Positions 51,725 through 61,620 of a stretch of DNA of 64,000 nucleotides are shown here, one piece after another. This DNA is from an uncultured Chthonomonadaceae bacterium. Its GTDB lineage: Bacteria > Armatimonadota > Chthonomonadetes > Chthonomonadales > Chthonomonadaceae. Made by a program: the position numbers and the translations under genes. Each line of letters begins with the position of its first letter. Positions within the stretch are counted from its first letter, which is position 1. Location of the stretch: the NCBI GenBank assembly GCA_963817895.1, contig CAWFQB010000001.1, positions 832,001 to 896,000 on the forward strand, read 5' to 3'. The notes beneath the pieces are model-generated. The model was given only the letters and a program-made list of their open reading frames with translations, had not been told where the DNA came from and searched no databases.

Positions 51725-52823
51725 ATGAAATCTTTGATTGGATTGACAACAGAAGAATTGGGAGCGGTCGCGCAGGAAGCGGGGCAGCCCGCGTATCGGG
51801 GCAAGCAGATCGCCGCATGGCTGTATAAGCGCGGCGCCGAAACGCTGGACGACATGACCGATCTGCCGCGCGACTTGCGGGCGCGTCTGGCGGAAATCGT
51901 ATACGGTCGGACTGCCCGACTGTGGCGCATAAGGATGTATCGCCGGATGAGACGGTCAAGTACCTGATGCGGCAGGCGGACGGCCTGACGATTGAAAGCG
52001 TGTATCTGCCCTACCCGGAGCGCGTTTCCGTCTGTCTGTCCACGCAGGTCGGCTGCGCCGGCGGGCTGCACGTTTTGCGCCACCGCGCAGGGCGGACTGG
52101 CGCGTAATCTGACGGCGGGCGAAATCGTCGGGCAGTTTTTGCGGATGCAGAAGGAGAGCGAACGCCGCATCTCGCATGCGGTCTACATGGGCATGGGCGA
52201 GCCGCTGTGGAACTACGAAAACGTCATCAAGAGCCTGCGACTGTTGGGCAACGAAGTCGGCGTGTCGCTGCGCAACCTGACGGTTTCCACGGTCGGCGTC
52301 GTGCCGGGTATTCGCGCGCTTGCGAAGGAAGAGTTGCCGATCACGCTGGCCCTGTCGCTTCACGCGCCCAACGACGAACTGCGCGCCCAACTGATCCCCA
52401 CCGCCCGCAAATGGAAACTGGACGAGATTCTGGACGCCTGCGGCGAGTACGCGCGGAACACGCACCGCAATCTGACGTTCGAATACCTGCTCATCGGCGG
52501 CGTCAACGACAAGCCGGAACACGCCCGCGAACTGGCCACATCTGCTCAAAGCGAAAAAACTGCCGGGCAACGTCAACCTGATCCCGTTCAACTATGTGGA
52601 AACCTCGCAGGGCTTTCAGCGTCCGACCAGAGAAAGCGTGACACGCTTCCGGCAGGAGTTGGAAAAGGCGGGACGCGTCGCCACGCAGCGCATGACGCGC
52701 GGCCATGCCATCGCCGCCGCCTGCGGCCAACTGCGCCGCAATGTAGAACAAAATGGCGTCAATGCCCTGCCCGTTCATCCCCGTAAAGGCGTTGAAAACA
52801 TTATCGCTCTGGCATCTCAATGA
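51725..52823 (+). CDS. rlmN: Dual-specificity RNA methyltransferase RlmN (frameshifted)
   Basis: CLSTQVGC...CTFCAT, MGMGEP, TVSTVG, SLHAPND, TFEYLL, NLIPFN, AACGQL. Confidence 0.92.
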
Positions 52824-52861
52824 TGCTGCTCACACGTAGAGACTCGTGAAAGAATAAGCCG

Positions 52862-54271
52862 ATGAGCCTGACTGTCGAATTCAAGCCGCCGGTAGCCGAG
52901 CGTTTCCACATATGGGCGGAAGGATTGGAAATTCCCGTTGAATTGTATGTCGGGATGTTGTTTATGGAGTTGTTCGGGTTGGACTGGCAGTGCCCCGATA
53001 GTCCGTACCATCTGCCAATGCCCGAAGTAGAGTTTCCTACGGAGGCCGAACGCATGACCGATGATTTTGTCAATAGTTTCAGGAAAGTATGTGAACAAAA
53101 CCGGAATGCAGTCACTGAAGCAGTTGCTCATAAGCACAATCTTATGGCAGACGTGGACCGGCTGGAGCGACAATCGGCTCACCTGCAACATGAAGCCACA
53201 GATGCCCTGCGAGATGGCGACCGTGAAAACGCGAAACATCAACTCAAACAAAAAGCCTCCTGCGACAACGAACTACTTGCGCGCCGGGAAGAACTTTCTG
53301 CCGCTGAAACTGCCGTTGAAGACCTCAAGCGGCACATTCGACAGGCCGCAGAACAAATTAAAGCAAGAGCAATGGAACTTGCAGCGCGCCATCCTGAAAA
53401 CATGAGTGCGGAGGAACGTCCCGCGTTTGCCGCCGAATTGCTTGCCAAATTGGATTCTCTGTCGTTAGACGCCGAAAGAACGCTGTCAGGAACCGGAACC
53501 AACAATATCGAGGCCAGTGCGATAGAAGCGGCAACAGAGGAAGCGGAAGCGGCAAACGCCGCGCCGCAAATTAGCGTACAATCACCTGTACCTGTTCAGC
53601 CAACCAGTCTTACACTGGAAATTTCGCCCGCAGCGGAAACCTTGCTTGAGACGGAAGCACAGGCGCGGGGTTTCTCATCTTCGGAGTATCTGAACGCGGT
53701 TGCGGAACAGTTGGTCAATCTGGCGGATTTGGTGACTCCGGCAGGCATGACGCCAAAACGCGACCCGAATGATTATCAGAATATTCCAATTGAGGAAGTC
53801 CTCAATCAGGCAGTGCAGGAAATGAAGGAAAGCCAAATTCGAAACCGTGAGTATGCGGTTCAAGCGATTACGCAAAAGAACAATTTACAGGCCGAGGTAG
53901 ATAAAGAAGAACGCATGTTGGCCGAGTTTAAGCGCAAAGCGTTGAAAACGCTGGATGAGGGCAACCGCCCTCTGGCGGAACAGTTTTATAAAGAGCGACA
54001 GCGGCACGAGCAAACCTGCGAGATCATGCGCGGATTGCTGACGCAAGCGACGGAGATTGCCGAAAAGGTCAAAGAACGTATCAAACAGGAGGAAGAGCGC
54101 ATTCGTGTGCGTACTTCAAAAGCCCTGTTGCTTAAAGCCAACCTTGCCGCGTCCGTCATTGCCTTCCGCCTTGATATGCTTCAGGAGGAGATGCCAGCGC
54201 CGGACGACAAACAGTTCCAGCAGGATTTTGATGATTGGGTTCAGGCGCAGAAACCGCCATATGCCGATTAA
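52862..54271 (+). CDS. Tandem [RHH-like + PspA/IM30 hairpin] x2 protein
   Basis: Two units: LT.E......L...A...G.....Y module followed by PspA-like LNQAVQEMKE...AVQAITQKNNL...AL..G.R.LA. Confidence 0.75.
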   Translation: MSLTVEFKPPVAERFHIWAEGLEIPVELYVGMLFMELFGLDWQCPDSPYHLPMPEVEFPTEAERMTDDFVNSFRKVCEQNRNAVTEAVAHKHNLMADVDRLERQSAHLQHEATDALRDGDRENAKHQLKQKASCDNELLARREELSAAETAVEDLKRHIRQAAEQIKARAMELAARHPENMSAEERPAFAAELLAKLDSLSLDAERTLSGTGTNNIEASAIEAATEEAEAANAAPQISVQSPVPVQPTSLTLEISPAAETLLETEAQARGFSSSEYLNAVAEQLVNLADLVTPAGMTPKRDPNDYQNIPIEEVLNQAVQEMKESQIRNREYAVQAITQKNNLQAEVDKEERMLAEFKRKALKTLDEGNRPLAEQFYKERQRHEQTCEIMRGLLTQATEIAEKVKERIKQEEERIRVRTSKALLLKANLAASVIAFRLDMLQEEMPAPDDKQFQQDFDDWVQAQKPPYAD

Positions 54272-54985
54272 CCGCAGCCATTTTGCTATACGTACTTTTA
54301 TTCGCTGTCGCGCTACGAACAGGTTTCTCTCCTCTAACTAATGAAGCGCGTCCGCTTCGCTAAGACGCGCTCATTGAAGTTGCACAGCAAGGAGAGGGGC
54401 CGTGTCCACAAGTGGACGCCCGGTGAGGTATGCTCACGCTGGATTTGCCGCCGGAAGTGGAAACGCGCCTTGTGGAAGAAGCCATGCGGCGGGGTTTGCC
54501 AGTCTCCGAAGTCGTCACGTTGCTGGTGCAGGGATATTTTTGGCCTGCCGAGTCGTCTCTTCTAACGGAGTGGTATCGACAGGAGAGTCGGCGCGGACTG
54601 TTCCTCATCAAATCCAAAGAAACGCAGATCGAATTGCGCGAAAGGCTTGTCGAGCCATTAACGCAAGTCAAGAATTTAGAATCAGAAATCGGGCGGCAGG
54701 AACGCGAGGTTGCTCGCTGTGAACGGGAAGCGATTCTGGCGGCGCAAAAGGGTGAACGCGCCGAGTCGCTGCAAGCGTATCAGAAGCGGGTTCTGCACGA
54801 ACAGCGACGCGGCGAACTCCAACTGAAATTACCCGATGCGACAGCGGAATCGGAAAAGCTGCGTAAGGAACTTATCCGCAGTGAAGCAAACGTATCAACA
54901 GGTGTAACTGTTCCCCTGCCTAAAGGCGAGGGCTTTAACGTTCCAATTCTCTACCTTACGATAGAGCGGACATTTAGAGGCTGAG

Positions 54986-56065
54986 TTACAAAGCAGCCCG
55001 TGTTTCCAGTCCTTTATAGGCAATGTTGCAAGCCGCATTGACATCTGCATTGGATTGGAAACCACATTGGAGACACAGGAAACTGGCTTGACTTTTCCGG
55101 TTGGCTTTGTCACAGTGACCACATTGCGAACAAGTACGAGAGGTGTTACGCGGGTCAACGAGTACCACGCGGATACCTGCCTCTGCCGCTTTGTATTCGA
55201 TGAACTGCCGCAACTGATGAAAAGCCCAACCGCCTAAGAGCCAGCGCATGTTCGCAGAATAACCGTCTGCCCGTTGCCTGATGTGGGTCAGGTTTTCCAG
55301 AGCAATTGCCTTCCTTGCGTTCCATGCGGTACTGACGATAGATTTACTGATGTTGTGGTTAGCCCAACGCACAAACCGAGATTGCTTCTTGCGAATCTTG
55401 CACAGACGCCGTTTTGCGCCTTTCTTGCCACACGACTGCAAACCGCGTCGGAACTCCCGGTAACGCCTGCGACATGCTTTGACAGGTTCGCCGCTGTACT
55501 GGTTGCCCTCACTGTCGGTGGCGACTTCCGTAATACCGAGGTCAACGCCCAACATACCGTTAGAAGTATCGGCAGACGGCGGTTCTGGCTTACGAACCGA
55601 GATAGCAAGCATAAAGACGCCGTTCTCGTAAAGAAGGTCAACCTGCCCGATGTTCGGTTTACCTGCAAGCCAACGGCGTTGATACGAGCCGCAATCCAGC
55701 CGTATCTTTTCGCGCCCGTGCAGGGTTGTCATTGAGGCATAGGTAACGCCAGTAAGACGAAAAACCCGTTCATCATAAATAACGGCAGAGTAGTCGCCGA
55801 AGACAGGCTGGATAGATTTATCGCGGCGATAAGTTTCCAACACCTTGCCGATAGCGCGGACGGTCAACTGAGACGGCAAGCCAAAACGTTCCCGCGCTTC
55901 ATGGTAACAGGCCGCATGAAGGGGAACCTGACGAAATACCTGTTGTTCAAACGCAACCTGACTAATCCAATTACAGGCGGCATTGAACTGCCGAAAGACT
56001 TCTAAAAATTCTTTCTTTTGTTCGTCAGTAGGTAACATTTTGACTTTGATTACTCTCACTAGCAT
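54986..56065 (-). CDS. tnpB: RNA-guided endonuclease TnpB
   Basis: RuvC GVDLG, ALENL, NADVNAACNI; zinc finger CSQC/CLQC; intact 359-aa frame. Confidence 0.95.
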   Translation of the reverse strand: MLVRVIKVKMLPTDEQKKEFLEVFRQFNAACNWISQVAFEQQVFRQVPLHAACYHEARERFGLPSQLTVRAIGKVLETYRRDKSIQPVFGDYSAVIYDERVFRLTGVTYASMTTLHGREKIRLDCGSYQRRWLAGKPNIGQVDLLYENGVFMLAISVRKPEPPSADTSNGMLGVDLGITEVATDSEGNQYSGEPVKACRRRYREFRRGLQSCGKKGAKRRLCKIRKKQSRFVRWANHNISKSIVSTAWNARKAIALENLTHIRQRADGYSANMRWLLGGWAFHQLRQFIEYKAAEAGIRVVLVDPRNTSRTCSQCGHCDKANRKSQASFLCLQCGFQSNADVNAACNIAYKGLETRAAL

Positions 56066-56100
56066 GGTATAATTATACCCTGTTTTCAAGGAAGGTACAA
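56046..56100. promoter_or_regulatory. Back-to-back promoters sharing palindrome GGTATAATTATACC
   Basis: Minus: TTGTAC-17-TATAAT-6 nt-ATG (leaderless tnpB). Plus: TTGATT-16-TATAAT with extended TG. Confidence 0.6.
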
Positions 56101-56580
56101 GGGGATTGGAAAGCCCGTTCCTGAGAGAACGGTTTCGCAACAGGAAATCCATTCGGGCGTCCACGCGAAGGGAAGGACACCCGGCTAAAGCGCGCGTGTC
56201 TCTTGGATTTGTCTTATGATCGAACTGCTGCGCATGAAATTGCAGCGTAACCGCGCCGACATTTATCTGGCCCGCCCCACATTTGATCGTAGCGTCGAGT
56301 ACGAACTGGAAACCAACATTCGTAATTACGCCTCGGAAACCGTATGGAACGCGAAGTACGAGGAGTGGATTGCGGCGCATCAGGATACCGTTCCCGAAGA
56401 AGTTCCCTCTGAGGCAGCGGCAATGAAGCAGCTTGGCGAACAAACGCAACAGCAGATTGACAAACTAATTCAACGACTTGATGAACTGCATAACACAGAC
56501 AAGCCCGCGAAACAGGAACCATCCGAATAAAATTGTTCAAACACAATCGCATAGCGAGTCCCCCTGTATACCGCGCTTCC

Positions 56581-57327
56581 ATGTCGCAGACAGTGTCTTC
56601 GTTCGCAGGACGGTTGGCCGCAGGCGTATCTAACCGGCAAAGAAATTTAAATGGTATATGCCGGTTCAGTAGCCGGTTGTCTCTGGTCTATCTTGTTTTT
56701 GGCCTTGCATTTACAGGGGGTTGCGGCAAACAGAAACCAACCCCGACGCAGGGCGCAACGGCTAAATCAGAAGTGGCAACGCCGCGCACAAACGGCAAGG
56801 CCGCAGAAGACAAAAAGGCGGAACTGCCGGGAGCGGTACGGGGAACCGGCTGGCATATCCCGTGGTACGCGCCCGACCCGAAACACCCGAATGGGCCTGT
56901 GCAGCGCGTGCTGGTGGCGGACGCGAAACAGGGCGCAATGGACAGCGACAAAAATTTTGCCCGCGTTCGGCTGACCGACGTACACGCCACGCTGTATCAC
57001 GAGGGCAAGCCGTCCGCAACGCTTGACGCGCCCCATGTCACCACCAACGAGCATGACCGCGTGATTGTGGCGACAGGCGGCGTTACCATTCACGCGCTGA
57101 TTAGCCCGCGCGCTTCGCAAAAGCGTGTTGTCGTGCCGCCCGATTCGACCGTCACGGCGGATAAAGTTGTCTGGGATTCGCATAGACCCGAAGTGGTTTG
57201 CACCGGACACGCGCGGCTGACCAGCAAACAGCCCGGTTCGCCCGCGATTGAAAGTTACTCGGAAAAGATTATTTACAACACGGAAACCGGCGATATGGAT
57301 TTCCGCTATAACCCGTTGGGAAAGTAA
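56581..57327 (+). CDS. lptC: LptC-like periplasmic jellyroll (lipo)protein
   Basis: Hydrophobic anchor ending GGC; ATLY..G, ATGGV, TADKVVWD, CTG; first gene of the lpt cluster; start codon uncertain. Confidence 0.6.
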   Translation: MSQTVSSFAGRLAAGVSNRQRNLNGICRFSSRLSLVYLVFGLAFTGGCGKQKPTPTQGATAKSEVATPRTNGKAAEDKKAELPGAVRGTGWHIPWYAPDPKHPNGPVQRVLVADAKQGAMDSDKNFARVRLTDVHATLYHEGKPSATLDAPHVTTNEHDRVIVATGGVTIHALISPRASQKRVVVPPDSTVTADKVVWDSHRPEVVCTGHARLTSKQPGSPAIESYSEKIIYNTETGDMDFRYNPLGK

Positions 57328-57331
57328 ATCC

Positions 57332-59230
57332 ATGCGTATGTTTTTCTGCTATCGTCCTGTCGCTATGCTGCTTGCCGGATTGTGCGCGTGTTCGGCGTAT
57401 GCCGCGCCGCAATCCGTTGCCGGTCAGTCCGGGCCTGCCAACGCCAACAGCAAACCGCAACCGACCTTCAAACCCGCGCCGAAAACGCCGCAACAGCAGC
57501 AGGGCATAAAAATCGGAGAGAACATTCAGCTTACTCACATGCAGAGTACGCATTTTGGACAGCAGGCAGGCGAACTGGTCTTTGATGGGCCGGATATGCA
57601 GTTAGAAAGCATCAACAAAACGCGCGGCACGAATATTGTTGTGATTGTGGATCATGCCGTTGTGCATCAACGCCCCAATAATCGGTCTACCGCCGACCTG
57701 ACCGGAAACGCGCGTTATACGCTGACGGAGCAGACGCAAGACGGCAAACAGCGCATCATCAAGGGAACGGCGCAGCGGGCGTACTACACGGAAGCCAACA
57801 AGGGTTTGCGGCTGCTCGGTGGCGTCAATGCCACGCTTACCGACCCCTCGCGTTTCGACGCGCCGGCAACCCTGCGCGTCACAACCCTGAACATGCCGGG
57901 TGAGGGGCGCTTTGAATTAACGGGCGATCCTACCACTACCGATGTTCGCTTCACGCCCCATACCGCTCCCCCGAAAATCGCGCCGAAGCCTGACGCCACA
58001 AACACTACTGCCAATTTGAGAACTTTGTCGCGGGTTGGCGTTGTGCATGTCACCGGGTTCCGCACGGGCAATCTCAACAAGAATGAGAACGCCGATTTTA
58101 CAGGCCCGCTTGTCACCGTAGAAACCAACAACCCGCAGGCCAAAACGCGGAATACATTCAAAGCGCCGCATATCACGGCCATTCTGGAAGAAGCGAAACA
58201 GCGTATTGACGCGCAGGGCGGAATCCAGTTCGATACGCAGGCCACAGACGCGAAGGGGAACACGCAGCGGTTGGAAGGGACGGCAGGCACAGCCTTCTGG
58301 GAGGAGGCAAGCGCGGTTCTGGAAGCGGATGGCAACATCACGGCCAAACTCACCAACCCCGTCACCCTGAAAGAACCTGCGACCCTTATTGCCGGGCATC
58401 TCACGGCAACGCTGGGCGATGAACCCCGCTACGTCCTTACGGGCGCGCCAGAGCGCAATCGCCTCGCGCTCAATCCACGTCCGAACCCGGCAAAAGCCAA
58501 AAAGGACAAGAGCAAAGCAGCGAACCCGGCAACGCCACAAGCCACGCCCGTTACGCTTATTGCGCCCGCGCAGCAGGATGCCAAATCCACCCCAAAAGGC
58601 GTGGTAATTGAACAACCGGGATCAGAACTCGACCCGCCGGACTTGTCGGCAACAGACCCAACACCCAACGCCCAGCGCCCAACGTCCAATGCGCCCTTTG
58701 CCTTCGGCAGCCTCGTGGTTTCCGGGTTTAAGTCGGCTACGTATGCGCCGGGGGAAAACATGGTTGTCGAGGGGCCAAAAATACACTTTACGTCCACCAA
58801 CCCGGACACCCGGAATTTCGCCGAACTGTACTCGCCCTATCTAACAGCCGAATTCGATGAGGACAACACCATCACGTCAGCCAAAGCGACCGGGGGCGTC
58901 ACCTACAAGTTTGAACTGCCGCTCAAAGAACACAAAGAACTGCAATGGATTTCGGGCGATGGGCAGGATGTGGCGTTCACCAACACGGAGCAGGCCCGGA
59001 ACATACAGGTGGAGGGCGGCAAGACCCTCGCCTACTACAACCCGGTCTACTTTCCCGATGTCACCCATACCATTTTCCACGAAAACGACGGTGTGGGAAC
59101 CTACAATCTGGTCACGGGCGAAGTGCTTATCGAAAGCAAAAGCAAAAGTTACGAGATGACTTTCACAACCTACGCCCCGCCACAGACAAAACACACTGTA
59201 GACCCTAAGAAGAAACCGAAGCGCAAGTAG
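57332..59230 (+). CDS. Long LptA/OstA-like protein with repeated jellyroll segments
   Basis: Signal peptide (AYA); repeated unit TGNA/QGG/ATGGV...G.A..A.Y/W...L.G.V.A...P....PA.L; position between lptC and lptB. Confidence 0.55.
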   Translation: MRMFFCYRPVAMLLAGLCACSAYAAPQSVAGQSGPANANSKPQPTFKPAPKTPQQQQGIKIGENIQLTHMQSTHFGQQAGELVFDGPDMQLESINKTRGTNIVVIVDHAVVHQRPNNRSTADLTGNARYTLTEQTQDGKQRIIKGTAQRAYYTEANKGLRLLGGVNATLTDPSRFDAPATLRVTTLNMPGEGRFELTGDPTTTDVRFTPHTAPPKIAPKPDATNTTANLRTLSRVGVVHVTGFRTGNLNKNENADFTGPLVTVETNNPQAKTRNTFKAPHITAILEEAKQRIDAQGGIQFDTQATDAKGNTQRLEGTAGTAFWEEASAVLEADGNITAKLTNPVTLKEPATLIAGHLTATLGDEPRYVLTGAPERNRLALNPRPNPAKAKKDKSKAANPATPQATPVTLIAPAQQDAKSTPKGVVIEQPGSELDPPDLSATDPTPNAQRPTSNAPFAFGSLVVSGFKSATYAPGENMVVEGPKIHFTSTNPDTRNFAELYSPYLTAEFDEDNTITSAKATGGVTYKFELPLKEHKELQWISGDGQDVAFTNTEQARNIQVEGGKTLAYYNPVYFPDVTHTIFHENDGVGTYNLVTGEVLIESKSKSYEMTFTTYAPPQTKHTVDPKKKPKRK

Positions 59231-59271
59231 ATATGAGATATTAGGATAAGCCAGATACCCGATAGTTTTTC

Positions 59272-59400
59272 CGGGTATTGAAAATACCCGTCTGAGTGGC
59301 GTTCCGCCAAGCGTCCTTCGGACGCAGAACTCTGTAAACAAAGGATGGCGTCCGTAGGACGCTTGGCCGCAGGCCATACAGACAGGGGTTTTCAACCCTT
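59272..59400. repeat. REPIN/MITE-like double-hairpin element, copy 2
   Basis: CGGGTATTGAAAATACCCG, GCGTCCTTCGGACGC ... GCGTCCGTAGGACGC, GGGGTTTTCAACCC. Confidence 0.7.
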
Positions 59401-59445
59401 GGCAAGAATGTATCCGATAGTGAAACAACTAATAACCTAACCAAC

Positions 59446-60370
59446 ATGCCTGAACAACTACTTGAAATAACCGCCATAAATTTGATTAAGAAGTATCGCG
59501 GGAGGCCGGTCGTCAACGACATCAGCCTTGACGTGCGGCAGGGCGAAGTCGTCGGCCTGCTCGGTCCCAACGGCGCGGGCAAAACCACGACCTTCTATAT
59601 GATTGTCGGGCTGGTCAAGCCGCATCGCGGGCAAGGTGCTGCTGGACGGGCAGGACATTACGCGCCGCCCGATGTACAAACGCGCCCGCGCGGGTATCAG
59701 TTATCTGCCGCAGGAAGCGTCGGTTTTCCGCAACCTGTCCGTGCAGGAGAACATTCACCTTGTCCTGCAAATGCAGCGCATGGGCCGAAAGCAGCGGAAC
59801 GAACGCGCCGATGAACTGATGGAACAACTGCGCGTCACGGAGCAGCGGCATCAGGTGGCGCGGACACTTTCGGGTGGGCAGCGGCGGCGCGTGGAAATCG
59901 CCCGCGCCCTCGCGTCCAACCCGAAATTCATTCTGCTGGACGAGCCGTTTACGGGCGTAGACCCCAAAGCCATTGAGGACATCGAAGATATTATCGTCAG
60001 CCTGACCCGATCTCAGGAGCGCATCGGCATCTTAATCACCGACCACAACGTCGAGGCCATGCTGCGCATCACGGAGCGCGCGTACATTGTGGCGGACGGC
60101 CAAATTCGCGTGGCCGGCAAATCCAGCGAATTGATGTACGACCCGGAAGCCCGCCGCGCATATTTCGGCGAGCGTTTCGGCCAGCCCCGCGATACCGCCC
60201 GCGAACAGGCGGAAGAAGCCGCCCGCCGCGCTGCCGAAGAGGAACTCCGCCGCGCCAGTGGCGAGTGGGACGATGAGGAAGAAAAGGAAAAGGAAGAGGA
60301 GAAACCGAATTCCCCACAACCTGATCCTCAAGACTCCAACCCGCCTCCCGACAAGGACACACCAGAATGA
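59446..60370 (+). CDS. lptB: LPS export ABC transporter ATPase (frameshift near 59630)
   Basis: [56 protein letters not shown]. Confidence 0.93.
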
Positions 60371-61522
60371 AATTGATAGACAAGGTCGTCCTGAAAGACC
60401 TGATCGGGCCATTTATCAACGGCATGTTTATGTTCATCCTGCTTGTGTTTACGGCAGGGTTTCTGTTTCAGGCGACCACGCTGCTGGTGCAGGGCGTGCC
60501 GCTGGTGATGGTGCTGAAATTTATTTTGTACGTGCTGCCGAGCATCGTCACGCAGACGTTTCCGATGGCGATGCTGCTGGCCGCGCTGATGGCGTTCGGG
60601 CGGCTGTCCTCGGATCGGGAAGCGGTTGCCATTTTCGCGGCGGGGATTTCGTTTCCGCGCATGGCGCGACCCGTGATTCTCATGGGCGTGGTGGTGAGCG
60701 GGATGGCGTTCGCGTGGAATGAACTGGTTGTGCCGCCCGCCAGTACCGCCGCCGCGAAACTCAAGCGCGAAGCCGTTGCGGGCCTGACCAAAATCAGACA
60801 AACAACTCTCGTTTCCGCTCATGTCCGCCGACAACAAAGTTATCGAAGGGTTCATCAAGATAGATCACGGCTTTGATGAGCGCACCAATACAGTTCGCGG
60901 CGTAACCGTCACCCATTACAGCCAAGACCCGGCGCACAAGGGCGAAGTGGAAGTGGAAGTGCATTGCGACCATGCGGTCGTGAGCGGGCAAAGTGGGCTG
61001 GACTGGAAATATTACGACGGCTACGCGAAAATGCCCGAATGGGACAAGAACACCGGGCGGCTTGAAAGCGTCCATATCCTTGACTTTACAGAATTGCAGG
61101 CATTGCCCAAAGGCGCGACAATGGGCAAGTCGTTCAACGAGATTCTCAACACGCAGCGCGTGGACGCCGATACCCGCAGTTTCCGCGAACTGCGCGACGA
61201 AATCCGTTCCGACTACAAAAAACAGCATATCTCCGATGCGCGCGGCAAAGAGGTAGACCTGTATGGTAAAATTGCTCTGCCGCTTGCCAGCATCATCTTC
61301 GGGCTTGTGGGCGCGGCGTTGGGCATCAGCACCCAGCGCGGAGCCAGCCGCACGGTCGGCTTCGGCATGGCCCTGTTCATCGTGTTTGTCTACTGGGTGT
61401 TTTATCGCGCTATGTGGGTCGCCGGTCAAAGCGGCAGCGTGTCCCCCATTCTCGCCGCGTTCGCGGCAGACATCGTAGGCCTGGCCGTCGGACTTATGCT
61501 GGCGGTGCGGGCGTCGAGGTAG
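60367..61522 (+). CDS. lptF: LPS export permease LptF/LptG (frameshift near 60800)
   Basis: PMAMLLA.L..FGRLS.D.E..A..A.GIS, NELVVP, KIALPLA, GFG. Confidence 0.88.
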
Positions 61523-61609
61523 GAAGTAGGGAGTAGGGAGTAGGGAGTAGGAAAAGCCTTGTTCAACCTGGGCAGTGTCCTACTCCCTGCAACCTACTCC
61601 CTACTCCCC
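61519..61609. repeat. Inverted (GGGAGTA)n array
   Basis: Same family as 40247-40336. Confidence 0.85.
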
Positions 61610-61620
61610 GGAGTTTCCCC

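Larger units (their letters stand above)
54904..56206 (-). mobile_element. IS200/IS605-family tnpB-only (IS1341-type) element
   Basis: Right end AAAGCCCTCGCCTTTAGGCAGGGGAACAGTTAC; left-end hairpin GACACGCGCGCTTTAGCCGGGTGTC; no tnpA; left boundary uncertain by a few nt. Confidence 0.85.
54430..56530 (+). pseudogene. RHH-like + PspA-like paralogue interrupted by the IS element (5' part 54430-54903, 3' part ~56207-56530)
   Basis: Removing the IS gives an in-frame join; the 3' part's KYEEWIAAH matches DFDDWVQAQ of the upstream paralogue. Confidence 0.7.

Noticed and set aside
51725..52823. Programmed frameshifting or true pseudogene status of rlmN, lptB, sodA and others
   Set aside because: No consistent slippery sites, shifts scattered across unrelated genes, catalytic motifs intact; sequencing indels are simpler.
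51725..52823. Cfr antibiotic-resistance methyltransferase
   Set aside because: Chromosomal housekeeping context and motifs fit RlmN; nothing specifically supports Cfr, though a phylogeny would be decisive.
54986..56449. 487-aa ORF as a Cas12-like or N-terminally extended TnpB
   Set aside because: The first 128 codons run through the IS left end and antisense host sequence. The promoter and ATG at 56065 define a normal 359-aa TnpB, and there is no array.
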